Numbered from the stretch's first letter, positions 20,632 through 31,701 are shown. The stretch: 64,000 nucleotides of DNA from Thermodesulfobacteriota bacterium (GCA_040755455.1 JBFMAY010000008.1:34918-98917); one strand, 5' to 3'. Notes: generated from the sequence alone by a model not told the origin. A program made the numbers and translations.

Positions 20632-22923
20632 TCAGCGAATGCCGCCGTAAATGCCGGTATAGCTCTTGCCTGAACTGAACGGGGCATGGAAGTTGCCGGC
20701 AATGGCCTTTGCCTTGGGGCCGTAAAAGGCGCCGTTGAATTTACTGTTCGGCAGGATGCCGGCGGGGCCGGTAACCCCATTGGTGAGGTTGCTGAAGCCG
20801 CTGGCCGAGGCGTTGCCCGCCGCACCGCTGTTGACTTCCAGTTTGATCTCGCCCAGGTCGATGACTCCCTGCACGGCGCTGGCGGCGGCAATGTTGCCGA
20901 AGTCCACGGTGATGTCAACCGTCCCCTTGAGGTCGCTCACCTGCTGCGCTGCAGCGGGGTCGACTTTGGTGGCCAGGGCTATTCCTGAGTAGTGGCCGGT
21001 AAAGTTGGCGTTGGTCAGGTCATTGACCTCGGCCACCGGGGTCGGTTCACCGGCAATCCAGCGGGAGCCGGGGCCATGGGTGTGGTATTGGGCGCCGGTG
21101 GCGGGATCCTGGTAAGCGATTTCCCAGTAGCCCCACGTGACATAGTCGCTCAAAATATTGTCCTGGGGGCCGGCCGACAGCAGATAGTTGCCGTATTTTT
21201 TCATGCCTGTCGGCGTTGCCGGGCCGGTGTAAATGCAATCGCCGGTGGTGCAACCCAGTTCAGCGGCAAAATTGTCCTCCAGCACAAAGGCCGAGGCCAG
21301 AGCACCTCCCAGGTTGATCCCGATAAGTCGTGAATTTGAACCGTTGACATCAACGGCGGACAGTTTGCCGTTGAGCGTGCCGTTGTCCTTGTCCACGGTA
21401 AAGGCGAAATCCCCCGGGCTGCTGCTCATGAATAACCGTCTGCTCTCGTCGATGGCGGCCATATCCTCGGAAAGGCCCACCACAAAACCTTTCCACGTCT
21501 TGACTCCCCGGGGCGAGACCACGTCGGCCGGATCCTGCGGTTCCATGCCGGCGGCGCCCTGCACAGTCCAGGTATCATGCCGGGGCTGGTTGGCCGGTTC
21601 GACCTCATAACTTGCGCCTGAGCCGGAAAAGCTGAAAAGATCAAAGATGGTACCGGCAAGGGTGCCGCTGCCTGAGCCGCTGATTGCCGTGATCACCTGC
21701 GGGGCTGTGGCGGTTGTCCCCGGCGGCATTTCGCTGTTGGTGCCGAATATTCTGACCTCAACGATCTGATTGCCGCTGACCTTGCCGATGAAGAAAGCAG
21801 GAGCCCCGCCTTCCTTGCCTTTCATGCGGCCCAGCACCCTGCCGTTGTGCCAGTTTATCTCCATCCATAAAACATCATCAATGGTGCCGGTTGAGCCGTC
21901 GGTGTTGGTCGCGGTGCCGCTGTAGCTTGCGATCCCGTCCACCGGAACAGTGGCGGCGGCAGGAGTGGAATCAATGGCAGGGACGAATTCATTGGGTGGC
22001 GGCAGTTCGATCACCGGGACGGGGACCTCCGTAACGGTGGAGACAGCCGGGATGTCGGCGTTGGCCAGGTTATCCACCGGCTCGTCAACCAGAGGTTCAT
22101 CGACGGCTGCTTCCTCAACTCCGGTTTCTTCAGCCGGTTGGGCCGCTGCTTCGTCTTCGGCGCCGTCGGTGGCCTGCTCATCTTCGGTGGCGGCCTCGCC
22201 GGCGGTTTCCTCTTCCTCGGCTCCGGCGGCCTGCTCCCCGTCCTCCTCGGCGCTTTCCCCGTCGGCCGCGGTCAGTTCATTGCTGAAGGCGGCCACATCC
22301 TGTTCGCTGAGCTGGCGCGGCGGCTCCGGCGCACTGTTCATCGTGACGCTGGTTCCGTGTCCGGGCCGCGAGATCGATACCGTGCCGAAGGAATTCGTCA
22401 CCTCAATGCCTTTGCCGCCCTGGAAAATAACGGAAAGAGAGGATGAGGTCACGGTTCCCCCATACATGGAGCCGCGGATACCGATGGTGGCGGCCGGGGT
22501 TTCGGTGGTGAAATTCTGCGGGGAGGTCTTGGTGATGGCGCCCCCCATCACCCGGAAAACACCTTCCTTTACCTGGGTTTTCAGGGTGCCGTTGCTTTCT
22601 TGCGGCTGCCATTTATATTCGGCGATCTTCATCTCGCTGTTCTGGCCCAGACTGTAGATGGTGTTGTCGGAAAAGAGGATCTGCAGGCGGCCGCCCTTGC
22701 CGGTTTTGATGGTGTCTTCATTGTGGATGGGGGATTTTACCGCAAGGTCGCGCAGCTCGCCCTTGGCATTGACGGCCTGCACATTGCCGCGCAGCGCCAC
22801 CACGGTTGCCGCGGCCTGTCCGGCTTCCTCGGCCTGGGCCGGCAAGGGCAGAAGGATAAGCAGCAGAAGCTGGACGAAAAAGGATCTGAGATGATCAGCA
22901 GGCAGGCAGATTCTTTTTTTCAT
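20632..22923 (-). CDS. Secreted protein: FecR-type N-domain, acidic linker, TbpB-like C-terminal beta-barrel region
   Basis: Signal peptide ending AQA; TPAATIGIRGS; E/A/P-rich linker; C-terminus NGAFYGPKAKAIAGNF...YTGIYGGIR. Confidence 0.8.
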   Translation of the reverse strand: MKKRICLPADHLRSFFVQLLLLILLPLPAQAEEAGQAAATVVALRGNVQAVNAKGELRDLAVKSPIHNEDTIKTGKGGRLQILFSDNTIYSLGQNSEMKIAEYKWQPQESNGTLKTQVKEGVFRVMGGAITKTSPQNFTTETPAATIGIRGSMYGGTVTSSSLSVIFQGGKGIEVTNSFGTVSISRPGHGTSVTMNSAPEPPRQLSEQDVAAFSNELTAADGESAEEDGEQAAGAEEEETAGEAATEDEQATDGAEDEAAAQPAEETGVEEAAVDEPLVDEPVDNLANADIPAVSTVTEVPVPVIELPPPNEFVPAIDSTPAAATVPVDGIASYSGTATNTDGSTGTIDDVLWMEINWHNGRVLGRMKGKEGGAPAFFIGKVSGNQIVEVRIFGTNSEMPPGTTATAPQVITAISGSGSGTLAGTIFDLFSFSGSGASYEVEPANQPRHDTWTVQGAAGMEPQDPADVVSPRGVKTWKGFVVGLSEDMAAIDESRRLFMSSSPGDFAFTVDKDNGTLNGKLSAVDVNGSNSRLIGINLGGALASAFVLEDNFAAELGCTTGDCIYTGPATPTGMKKYGNYLLSAGPQDNILSDYVTWGYWEIAYQDPATGAQYHTHGPGSRWIAGEPTPVAEVNDLTNANFTGHYSGIALATKVDPAAAQQVSDLKGTVDITVDFGNIAAASAVQGVIDLGEIKLEVNSGAAGNASASGFSNLTNGVTGPAGILPNSKFNGAFYGPKAKAIAGNFHAPFSSGKSYTGIYGGIR

Positions 22924-22956
22924 GGTTGATGTTCCTGTTCTCTTGGGCGGCGGCTA

Positions 22957-24258
22957 TTAAAACCCCAAGGTCATCGACAAGGTGATGACATGTTTGCGGT
23001 AGGTGTAGATGCTAATTGTGGAATCCGATTCAAGATAGGAGTAGACAAGCTGGGATGATAGGCTTCCACGGCCGGACTCTGACTGCCAGAGCAGTTTTGC
23101 CGCGCCAGCCTTGAATTCCTCAACCGTATCGGCACGGGTATCAAGAAAAAAAGGATCAGTTTCCTTATAGTCGCTCTTCTGCAGCCCGATGCTGGCAAAG
23201 GCGGAGATATCCTGGGTCAGTTCCCGGTCATACTGGAGCGTCCAGCCGATCCGGTCATACCCGTAAACCTTGGCCTCGGCGTCTTCCATTTCTTTATAAA
23301 AGTCGGCGGAAAGGCGGTTGGGGCCGACAATCAGCACCGGATTAAAATTGATCAGATAATTGGTGGCATCCCGGAAGGGATCGGTAAAATTGTTTTTTTC
23401 CTCAACCCGGCCGCCGAGGTTGTAAAGCATGGGACCCGCCGGCAGGGTCAGGGCAGAGGCGAAGCCATAGGATGCAAGGTAGCGGTCATGCTCCACATCA
23501 ATATGCTTGACAATCATATTGTTATTCCACATGAACCTGCCGGTTTGCCACACCGGACCGCTGCTTACGGCCAGGTAATAGACATCAAGGTTCTGCTGGT
23601 TTTCGTACAGGGCATTATAATTGGTCAAGGTAGTTTTCCAGGACAGGCGCTGATCGGCAAAGAGGTATACATGGTTGATCACGGCGGTGGTGTCATAGAT
23701 CTGATCGCTTTGCGGACTGGCGGAAGGGCCGGTGAGCTGTATGCCCAGGATGGTATCGGCAACCGGCGACTGGTAGACATTGTCATCCCAGTTGACGCCA
23801 ACGGTCAGGGTGCCGGTGAAGAGATGCCGTTTGTCCCCTTCCTTGATGGCGGCAAGATAGTTTTCAATGTTTTTCCACACCGGTTCCGGCGGATTGGTGG
23901 CCAGCACCTCGCGGAAATATTGTTTGGCCATTTCCTTGAAGCCCAGATGGAGATGGCAGCGGGCTATTTCCAGTTTGACCCGGGTGGCATTTGGGTCCAT
24001 GATCAGCACCCGGTCAAAGGCCATGAGGGCGCTTTCGTAATCACCGAGTTCAAAGGCGGTGCGGCCGAGATAAAAGTTGAGATCAGGGTCGGCCGGGTCC
24101 ACTTGGAAGGCCCTGGCAAAATATCTCTGCGCCTCAGGGTAATTGCCGGCGAGAAAGAGCTGCTTGCCCTGTTCGAAATCAGACGGTGCGCTTCCGGCAA
24201 CCGCCGGGCAGGGCAGAAAAAGCATACACAAGGCAATGATGAAAAGAAGACGCATCAT
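22957..24258 (-). CDS. TPR plus outer-membrane beta-barrel protein (Slam/DUF560-like)
   Basis: Signal peptide, TPRs, GVNWDDNV barrel start, alternating beta strands, C-terminal LSMTLGF. Confidence 0.75.
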   Translation of the reverse strand: MMRLLFIIALCMLFLPCPAVAGSAPSDFEQGKQLFLAGNYPEAQRYFARAFQVDPADPDLNFYLGRTAFELGDYESALMAFDRVLIMDPNATRVKLEIARCHLHLGFKEMAKQYFREVLATNPPEPVWKNIENYLAAIKEGDKRHLFTGTLTVGVNWDDNVYQSPVADTILGIQLTGPSASPQSDQIYDTTAVINHVYLFADQRLSWKTTLTNYNALYENQQNLDVYYLAVSSGPVWQTGRFMWNNNMIVKHIDVEHDRYLASYGFASALTLPAGPMLYNLGGRVEEKNNFTDPFRDATNYLINFNPVLIVGPNRLSADFYKEMEDAEAKVYGYDRIGWTLQYDRELTQDISAFASIGLQKSDYKETDPFFLDTRADTVEEFKAGAAKLLWQSESGRGSLSSQLVYSYLESDSTISIYTYRKHVITLSMTLGF

Positions 24259-24414
24259 GGATTTTCCCAGGTTATAAAAGATGTTTAAGGTTATCAAGTA
24301 TTACGCTAGCAGATGGGACGGGAAAAATAAAATAAATTGTAACTCTCGGCAATCCGGCGGAAAAAGTCAATTTTGCCCGCGTCTTTTGATTGGAAAAGAT
24401 GGTGAAAATCAATC

Positions 24415-24442
24415 TTGACAAATCTGTTCATTATGGTATCTA
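24415..24442 (+). promoter_or_regulatory. Possible sigma70 promoter for rplU
   Basis: Perfect TTGACA; the -10 box is weak (TATCTA at 16-nt spacing). Confidence 0.4.
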
Positions 24443-24469
24443 TGTTTGTTTCCGTGTCTTGGATATAAA

Positions 24470-24513
24470 CTCCTGCCTGTTCGAGCCGGTTTGAAGCTGG
24501 TCTCGCGCAGGAG
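24470..24513 (+). promoter_or_regulatory. Structured 5' leader of rplU
   Basis: CTCCTGC/GCAGGAG outer stem enclosing a CGAGCCGGTTT/AAGCTGGTCTCG inner stem. Confidence 0.5.
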
Positions 24514-24551
24514 ATACAGATTATTTATTCGTTTTGGTGTTGGAGGAAGAA

Positions 24552-24863
24552 ATGTACGCTATTATTCGTACCGGCGGTAAACAGTATCAGGTGGCAGCGG
24601 GCGAGCGTCTTCGGGTTGAAAAGCTGGCCGGTGAAGTAGGCGAAACCGTGGAGCTCAATGATGTTTTGCTGGTAGCTGAAGGCGATGCCGTCAAAATAGG
24701 GCAGCCTGCCGTTGCAGGTGCCAAGGTGACGGCGCAGATCGTTGAACAGGGCAAGGGCAAGAAAGTTCTGGTCTTCAAGAAAAAACGCCGTAAGGGCTAC
24801 AGACTGAGGAAAGGCCATCGTCAGCTTTATACCGCTCTGGAAATTAAAGAGATTTCATTATAA
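24552..24863 (+). CDS. rplU: 50S ribosomal protein L21
   Basis: MYAIIRTGGKQYQV, FKKKRRKGY, GHRQ. Confidence 0.98.
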   Translation: MYAIIRTGGKQYQVAAGERLRVEKLAGEVGETVELNDVLLVAEGDAVKIGQPAVAGAKVTAQIVEQGKGKKVLVFKKKRRKGYRLRKGHRQLYTALEIKEISL

Positions 24864-24872
24864 CGTTACCGG

Positions 24873-24915
24873 CGGATCAGCGGGAAAGTGGTTTTATCCC
24901 GTTCCGTTTTTTTTT
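24873..24915 (+). terminator. Intrinsic terminator-like element between rplU and rpmA
   Basis: CGGA..GCGGGA / TCCCGT TCCG imperfect stem followed by T9. Confidence 0.5.
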
Positions 24916-24932
24916 ATTGAAGAGGTTAAACC

Positions 24933-25196
24933 GTGGCACACAAGAAAGCAGGTGGTAGTTCAAAGAACGGCAGAGACAGTAATTCCCAGCGGCGCGGGGT
25001 AAAAAGATTCGGCGGCCAGGTGGTCAGGGCAGGCAATATCCTGGTCCGTCAGCTCGGCACCAGAATTCATCCCGGCTCCAATGTGGGCCTGGGTCGTGAC
25101 TATACCCTCTATGCCAAGATTGACGGCGTTGTCGCCTATGAGGATTTCGGCAAAGACCGCAAAAGGGTCTGCGTTTATCCGGTAGAAGCTGTTTAA
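24933..25196 (+). CDS. rpmA: 50S ribosomal protein L27
   Basis: [26 protein letters not shown]. Confidence 0.98.
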   Translation: MAHKKAGGSSKNGRDSNSQRRGVKRFGGQVVRAGNILVRQLGTRIHPGSNVGLGRDYTLYAKIDGVVAYEDFGKDRKRVCVYPVEAV

Positions 25197-25204
25197 GCTT
25201 TTGA

Positions 25205-26257
<1,053 letters not shown>

Positions 26258-26258
26258 T

Positions 26259-27416
26259 ATGACGTTTCAGGTTCCGCAGGATAAAGGCGTTGAATTGCGC
26301 AGAAGTTTCCTCCAGTCGGCCAGGCGGGTGGTGGTCAAGGTGGGAAGCGCCGTCCTCACCATGGGGACGGGCCTGAATCTCCAGGTGCTTGAAAATCTGG
26401 CAAAGGAATTAACTTTTCTGCGGGACAGCGGCCGGGAGGTGATCCTGGTCAGTTCCGGCGCCGTGGCCTCGGGCCGCAAGAAACTCGGTCTTGATAACCG
26501 GGTGCTTAGGATGCGGGAAAAGCAGGCCGCCGCCGCCGTGGGCCAGTCAAGCCTGATGCGCTGCTACGAGGACCTCTTTGAGCGCTATGAGCAGAAGGTG
26601 GCCCAGGTGCTGCTCACCCATGATGATCTTGCCCACCGCGACCGGTATCTCAATGTCAGAAATACCATGTCCACCCTTTTTGAATGGGGTATTCTGCCTA
26701 TCGTCAATGAAAACGATACGGTGTCGGTAAAAGAGCTGCGTTTCGGCGATAACGACACCCTGGGGGCCATGGTCACCAATCTTATCGACGCCGATGTCTT
26801 TATCTGCCTGACCGACGTGGACGGCCTCTATACCGGCAATCCCTGCACCAATCCCGAGGCCCGCCGGGTGTATACCGTGGCTGAAGTGAATGGGGAGGTG
26901 GAGAACATGGCCGGTAACATCTGCGGCTCGTCGCTGGGCACCGGCGGCATGCGCAGCAAGATTCTCGCGGCCAAGATGGTGGCGGCCCGGGGCGGCTGTT
27001 CCTTCATCGGTCCGGGGCGCGAACCTGAAATCCTGCAGCGGCTTTTTGCCGGAGAAGCTCTCGGCACCTTTTTCCTGCCCAAACCTCAGAAGCTGGCCAG
27101 CCGCAAGCATTGGATCGCCTATACCCTGCGGCCCAAGGGATTTCTCGTGTTGGACGACGGGGCCTGCCGCGCCCTGCTGGAGCAGGGGAAAAGTCTGCTG
27201 CCCTCCGGCATCCGGGAAGTGACCGGCAAGTTCGGGGTGGGCGATCCCGTGCATTGTCTGAACGCGCACGGCCGGGCCATTGCCGCAGGACTGGTCAATT
27301 ACAGTTCGGCTGATATAGAAAAAATTCATGGACGGCACACCTCCGAGATTGAAGAGATCCTCGGTTTCAAGGACAGCGACGAGGTGGTGCACCGGGATAA
27401 TCTGGTGAAACTGTAG
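26259..27416 (+). CDS. proB: Glutamate 5-kinase
   Basis: VKVGS, SSGAV, NENDTV, FGDNDTL, GTGGM, C-terminal PUA domain ending HRDNL. Confidence 0.97.
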   Translation: MTFQVPQDKGVELRRSFLQSARRVVVKVGSAVLTMGTGLNLQVLENLAKELTFLRDSGREVILVSSGAVASGRKKLGLDNRVLRMREKQAAAAVGQSSLMRCYEDLFERYEQKVAQVLLTHDDLAHRDRYLNVRNTMSTLFEWGILPIVNENDTVSVKELRFGDNDTLGAMVTNLIDADVFICLTDVDGLYTGNPCTNPEARRVYTVAEVNGEVENMAGNICGSSLGTGGMRSKILAAKMVAARGGCSFIGPGREPEILQRLFAGEALGTFFLPKPQKLASRKHWIAYTLRPKGFLVLDDGACRALLEQGKSLLPSGIREVTGKFGVGDPVHCLNAHGRAIAAGLVNYSSADIEKIHGRHTSEIEEILGFKDSDEVVHRDNLVKL

Positions 27417-27589
27417 GGGTTGGCTGATGGAAGAAGGCAGAAGACAAAGGGAAAAGAATGGCGCAGAGTGAAGGCGGGAAACAGCTGAGGGAAATGCCCT
27501 GCTGTCTTTCGCCCTGTGCCATGAGCCATGAGCTATCAAACATGCACCTCAAACTGACAATTTTACTTATTTTCAGAGGTGAGTAAGAC

Positions 27590-28849
27590 ATGAGCACCAT
27601 TGCAGAAACCATTCAAACCATGGCCATTGAGGCCAAGAGGGCGGCGCGGAAAATGTGCAGCCTTTCCACCGAGCGCAAAAACCGCGTGCTGCTGCGCATG
27701 GCGGAAGCCCTGGCGGAACAGCAGGAGTTCATCCGCCGGGAAAACGCCAAGGATCTGGAGGCAGGCCGCCAGAAAGGACTGTCAAGCGCCATGCTGGATC
27801 GCCTCAACCTGTCCGACAAGGTCATGGCCTCCATGATCAATGGTCTGCAAGAGGTTGCCAGCCTGCCTGATCCGGTGGGCGAGGTGACGGAAATGGTCAA
27901 GCGGCCCAACGGCATCATGGTCGGCCGCATGCGGATCCCCCTGGGCGTGATCGGCATGATCTACGAATCCCGGCCCAATGTCACCGTTGATGCGGCGGCC
28001 CTGTGTCTCAAGGCGGGCAACAGCATTCTGTTGCGGGGCGGCTCCGAGGCCATTCACTCCAACCTGGCCCTGGCCAGGGTGCTGCAGGAGTGTCTGGCTG
28101 CTGAAAATATCGATGCGGCGGCCATTCAGGTGATCCCGGTCACCGATCGCGAGGCGGTGACCTGCATGCTGGGGCTGGAAGAACAGATTGACCTGATCAT
28201 CCCCCGGGGTGGGGAGGGGCTGATCCGTTTTGTTGCGGAAAATTCCCGTATTCCGGTGCTCAAACATTACAAGGGCGTCTGTCATGTCTTTGTCGATGAC
28301 ACCGCGGATCACGCCATGGCGATCAATATTGTCATGAACGGCAAGGTGCAGCGGCCCGGGGTGTGCAACGCCCTGGAGGCGCTGCTGGTGCATGAGGGGA
28401 TTGCCGCGGATTTCCTGCCCAAGGTGGGGGCTGAACTTGCCGGGGCCGGGGTCGAGATCCGGGGCTGCGCCAGAACCTGTGCGCTGCTGCCCTATGCCAA
28501 ACCCGCCGCCGACAGCGACTGGGGCATGGAGTTTCTTGATTTGATCCTGGCGGTGAAAGTGGTGCCGGATCTTGATGCCGCCCTGCAGCACATTGTCAAT
28601 TATGGTTCCCAGCATACCGAGGCCATTGTCACCAACAGTTACGCCAACGGCCAGCGCTTCCTGCGGGAAGTGGATGCCTCGGCGGTCATGATCAACGCCT
28701 CCACCCGCTTCAGCGATGGCGGCCAGTTTGGCCTGGGTGCCGAGATCGGCATCAGCACCACCAAGCTCCACGCTTACGGGCCCATGGGCCTCAAGGAGCT
28801 GACCACCAGAAAATTTATCGTCTACGGCGAGGGGCAGGTAAGGGCATAA
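27590..28849 (+). CDS. proA: Gamma-glutamyl phosphate reductase
   Basis: IYESRPNVT, IPRGG, CNALE, NASTRFSDG, GAEIGIST. Confidence 0.97.
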   Translation: MSTIAETIQTMAIEAKRAARKMCSLSTERKNRVLLRMAEALAEQQEFIRRENAKDLEAGRQKGLSSAMLDRLNLSDKVMASMINGLQEVASLPDPVGEVTEMVKRPNGIMVGRMRIPLGVIGMIYESRPNVTVDAAALCLKAGNSILLRGGSEAIHSNLALARVLQECLAAENIDAAAIQVIPVTDREAVTCMLGLEEQIDLIIPRGGEGLIRFVAENSRIPVLKHYKGVCHVFVDDTADHAMAINIVMNGKVQRPGVCNALEALLVHEGIAADFLPKVGAELAGAGVEIRGCARTCALLPYAKPAADSDWGMEFLDLILAVKVVPDLDAALQHIVNYGSQHTEAIVTNSYANGQRFLREVDASAVMINASTRFSDGGQFGLGAEIGISTTKLHAYGPMGLKELTTRKFIVYGEGQVRA

Positions 28850-28988
28850 GTGAGGTTGTTAGTCTTTTAGTCGGTAGTCTGTTAGCAAAACCAACTGAGG
28901 TCATCGGTCAAAACAGGCAGCAGTCGGTATTGTTGCCGTTACTAATAAACCAAACACCTACAGGCTATCCACCTGAGCAACTGACGAT

Positions 28989-29654
28989 ATGAAAAAGATC
29001 GGCCTGTTCGGCGGCACCTTCGATCCGGTCCATAACGGACACCTGGCGGTGGGACGGGCTGCCCTCCGGCAGCTTGGTCTTGATACCCTCTATTTTATCC
29101 CGGCATCCTCCCCCCCGCATAAGGCGGATCAGCTCATCACCCCCTTTTTCCACCGGGTGGCCATGCTGCGTCTGGCGGTGCAGGGCGAACTCCGTTTTGT
29201 CGTCTCCGACATCGAAGGGCTGCGCAACGGCCTTTCCTACACCATCGACACCCTGTTGCAGTTCCGCCAGATTTTGGGGCCGGAGGCGGATTTCTTTTTT
29301 GTCATCGGCCTGGACGCCTTTGCCGACATCACCACCTGGAAAAGTTACCACGAGCTGCTGAACCGGGCATCCTTTGTGGTGATTGACCGACCATCCCTCG
29401 GATGCCAGACGGTGGCCCAGGTGGTTGGCCGATGCTTTCCCGCCTATCGGGAAGAAGACAGGGGAGTCTGGAGCAAGGCTGGGAGCCGCAGGATTTATTC
29501 CCTGGCCATGGACCCGGTGCCGGTTTCCTCATCGATGATCCGCGACCGGCTGCGCAGGGGTGAGGCGATTGACCAGCTGACCCCGGCAGGAGTGGTGGAG
29601 TATCTGCGGCGGAACCGGTTGCTGTCCGCGGCAAAGAATGGGGGTGCTGGCTAA
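28989..29654 (+). CDS. nadD: Nicotinate-nucleotide adenylyltransferase
   Basis: FGGTFDPVHNGH, PPHK, SYTIDT, IGLD, VSSSMIR. Confidence 0.96.
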   Translation: MKKIGLFGGTFDPVHNGHLAVGRAALRQLGLDTLYFIPASSPPHKADQLITPFFHRVAMLRLAVQGELRFVVSDIEGLRNGLSYTIDTLLQFRQILGPEADFFFVIGLDAFADITTWKSYHELLNRASFVVIDRPSLGCQTVAQVVGRCFPAYREEDRGVWSKAGSRRIYSLAMDPVPVSSSMIRDRLRRGEAIDQLTPAGVVEYLRRNRLLSAAKNGGAG

Positions 29655-29673
29655 AAGGGGGCCGCAGGGCTTT

Positions 29674-30438
29674 TTATTGATCGCCGCCCTGGTCAGTACC
29701 CTCGATCAGGCAGCTGCTGTCGACAAAGGCATAGGCGCTGTGTTTGTGAATTGATTCGAAACTTTCCACCCCGACCGAGAACCAGTAGATGTCCGGACGG
29801 GCGTGGACCAGCTCCGCCACCTTGCGCACCACGTCCTCGACAAACATGGGATTGTTGTAGGCCTGTTCCGTAACGAATTTTTCATCCGGCCGTTTGAGGA
29901 TGGAATAGACCTCGCAGGAAACCCCTGATTCCACCAGACTGATCAGGTCTTCAACCCAGATAAAGCTTTTTGATTTGATATTGAGATTGATCTCCGCCCG
30001 CTGGTTGTGGGCGCCGTACCGGCTGATTTCCTTGGAGCAGGGGCACAGCGTGGTGCTGGGCACCCAGACCGACAGGATGAAATCCTCGCCCTCGCCGATG
30101 CCGCCGGTAAAACGACAGGTATACTCCATCAGGCCGGGAGTTTGCGTCACCGGCGCCTTTTTTTCCAGGAAGTAGGGGAAGGTCATCTCCAGGTGGGCGG
30201 AGTCGGCCTGCAGCTGATCCCTTACCTCATGCAGCAGTTTCGAGAAGATGGAGACACTTATGTCCTCCTGGTATTTGTTCAGCACGGCCAGAAAGGTGGA
30301 GACGCAGTTCTCCCGGTAGGCGCGGGGCATGCTGACCTGGAGGGTGATGCCGGCGACGGTATCCTGCAGACCTCCCGATTTCTCCCGGACCTTCACCGGA
30401 CAGCGGATGTTTTTGATGCCAACGGTTTTCAGTTTCAT
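29674..30438 (-). CDS. folE2: GTP cyclohydrolase IB
   Basis: TTLCPCSKEIS, GAHNQR, KRPDEK, PMFVED, ESIHKHSAYA. Confidence 0.92.
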   Translation of the reverse strand: MKLKTVGIKNIRCPVKVREKSGGLQDTVAGITLQVSMPRAYRENCVSTFLAVLNKYQEDISVSIFSKLLHEVRDQLQADSAHLEMTFPYFLEKKAPVTQTPGLMEYTCRFTGGIGEGEDFILSVWVPSTTLCPCSKEISRYGAHNQRAEINLNIKSKSFIWVEDLISLVESGVSCEVYSILKRPDEKFVTEQAYNNPMFVEDVVRKVAELVHARPDIYWFSVGVESFESIHKHSAYAFVDSSCLIEGTDQGGDQ

Positions 30439-30623
30439 TTGACAGCCTTTTTACCTTTTTTTGTCGGCATCGCCAACAGGTTTCTGCAGCGGGGGGATTT
30501 GTCGCGTGCCATTCTATCTGTTCAGGGCGCTGGCGGATAAAGAATATTGAAGTTCTTTGCAGTCAGGATAAAATGTGGTAATTTATACCATTGTTTTTGC
30601 ACGAATTACTTGGTTTGCGCCCA

Positions 30624-31013
30624 ATGATCGATGAAAAGGTACGAATAGACAAGTGGCTGTGGGCGGCCCGGTTTTATAAGACCAGGACCATGGCTGCCGC
30701 CGCGGTGACCGGCGGGCATGTGCATGTGAACGGCGCCAGGGTCAAGGCGGCCCGCGCCGTGGCAGTCGGCGATGAGCTGCGGATTGTCAGAAATGAGGAG
30801 GAGTTCGTGGTCATGGTGCAGGCCCTTTCCGGCAAGCGAGGGCCGGCTACGGTGGCGCGCACTCTCTATGAAGAGACGGAGGAAAGCAAGGCCGCCCGGG
30901 AGATGCGGGGAACGGAGCGGCGCCTGATGAATCTGGGCCGGGATTTCCCGCCGCCGAAACGGCCGGGGAAAAGGGACAGGCGGCTGATTCGTAAATTTAC
31001 GAAAAAGGCATAA
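30624..31013 (+). CDS. hslR: Ribosome-associated heat shock protein Hsp15 (S4 domain)
   Basis: VRIDKWLWAARFYKTR, LYEET, RPGKRDRR. Confidence 0.93.
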   Translation: MIDEKVRIDKWLWAARFYKTRTMAAAAVTGGHVHVNGARVKAARAVAVGDELRIVRNEEEFVVMVQALSGKRGPATVARTLYEETEESKAAREMRGTERRLMNLGRDFPPPKRPGKRDRRLIRKFTKKA

Positions 31014-31086
31014 GGCTAATGGCTTCCGCCGGGCCATCAGCCATTAGCTATGAGCCATGAACTATATAAAATACAGGGAGAAAGTT

Positions 31087-31701
31087 ATGAAAAAAGCAGA
31101 AAGGGCGCTGATCAGCCTGACGGATAAATCCGGGATTGAAGGTTTTGCCAGGGAGCTTGCAAGTCTGGGCATCGAGATACTGTCCACCGGCGGCACCGCC
31201 AAAAAAATGCGGGACAGCGGCATCAAGGTCAAGGACGTTGCCGAATTCACGGGTTTTCCCGAGATGCTTGACGGCCGGGTAAAAACCCTCCATCCCAAGG
31301 TGCACGGCGGCATTCTGGCCCAGAAAGGCAATCCGGACCATCTGCGGCAGATGCAGGAGCACGGCCTGCAGGCCATCGATATTGTGGCGGTCAACCTCTA
31401 TGCCTTTGACAAGGCCACGGCAGACCCCAACTGCCCACTGGCCCACGCCATTGAGAACATTGATATCGGCGGCCCGACCATGCTCAGGGCCGCGGCCAAG
31501 AATTTCCAGGACGTGACGGTGATTGTTGATCCGGCCGATTATCCCGTTGTCATCGCTGAAATCAAGCAGCACGGCAACACCACCCTGAAAACCCGTTTCC
31601 GGCTGTGCGCCAAGGTTTTTGCCCTGACCAGCAAGTACGATACGGCGATTTCCGCCTGGCTCGACAAGGTCGATGTTGACAAAAACCCTTATTTTTCCTG
31701 A
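31087..31701 (+). CDS. purH: Stand-alone IMP cyclohydrolase (N-terminal PurH domain only)
   Basis: RALISLTDK, STGGT, GRVKTLHP, ENIDIGGPTMLRAAAKN; stops before the AICAR transformylase domain. Confidence 0.88.
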   Translation: MKKAERALISLTDKSGIEGFARELASLGIEILSTGGTAKKMRDSGIKVKDVAEFTGFPEMLDGRVKTLHPKVHGGILAQKGNPDHLRQMQEHGLQAIDIVAVNLYAFDKATADPNCPLAHAIENIDIGGPTMLRAAAKNFQDVTVIVDPADYPVVIAEIKQHGNTTLKTRFRLCAKVFALTSKYDTAISAWLDKVDVDKNPYFS

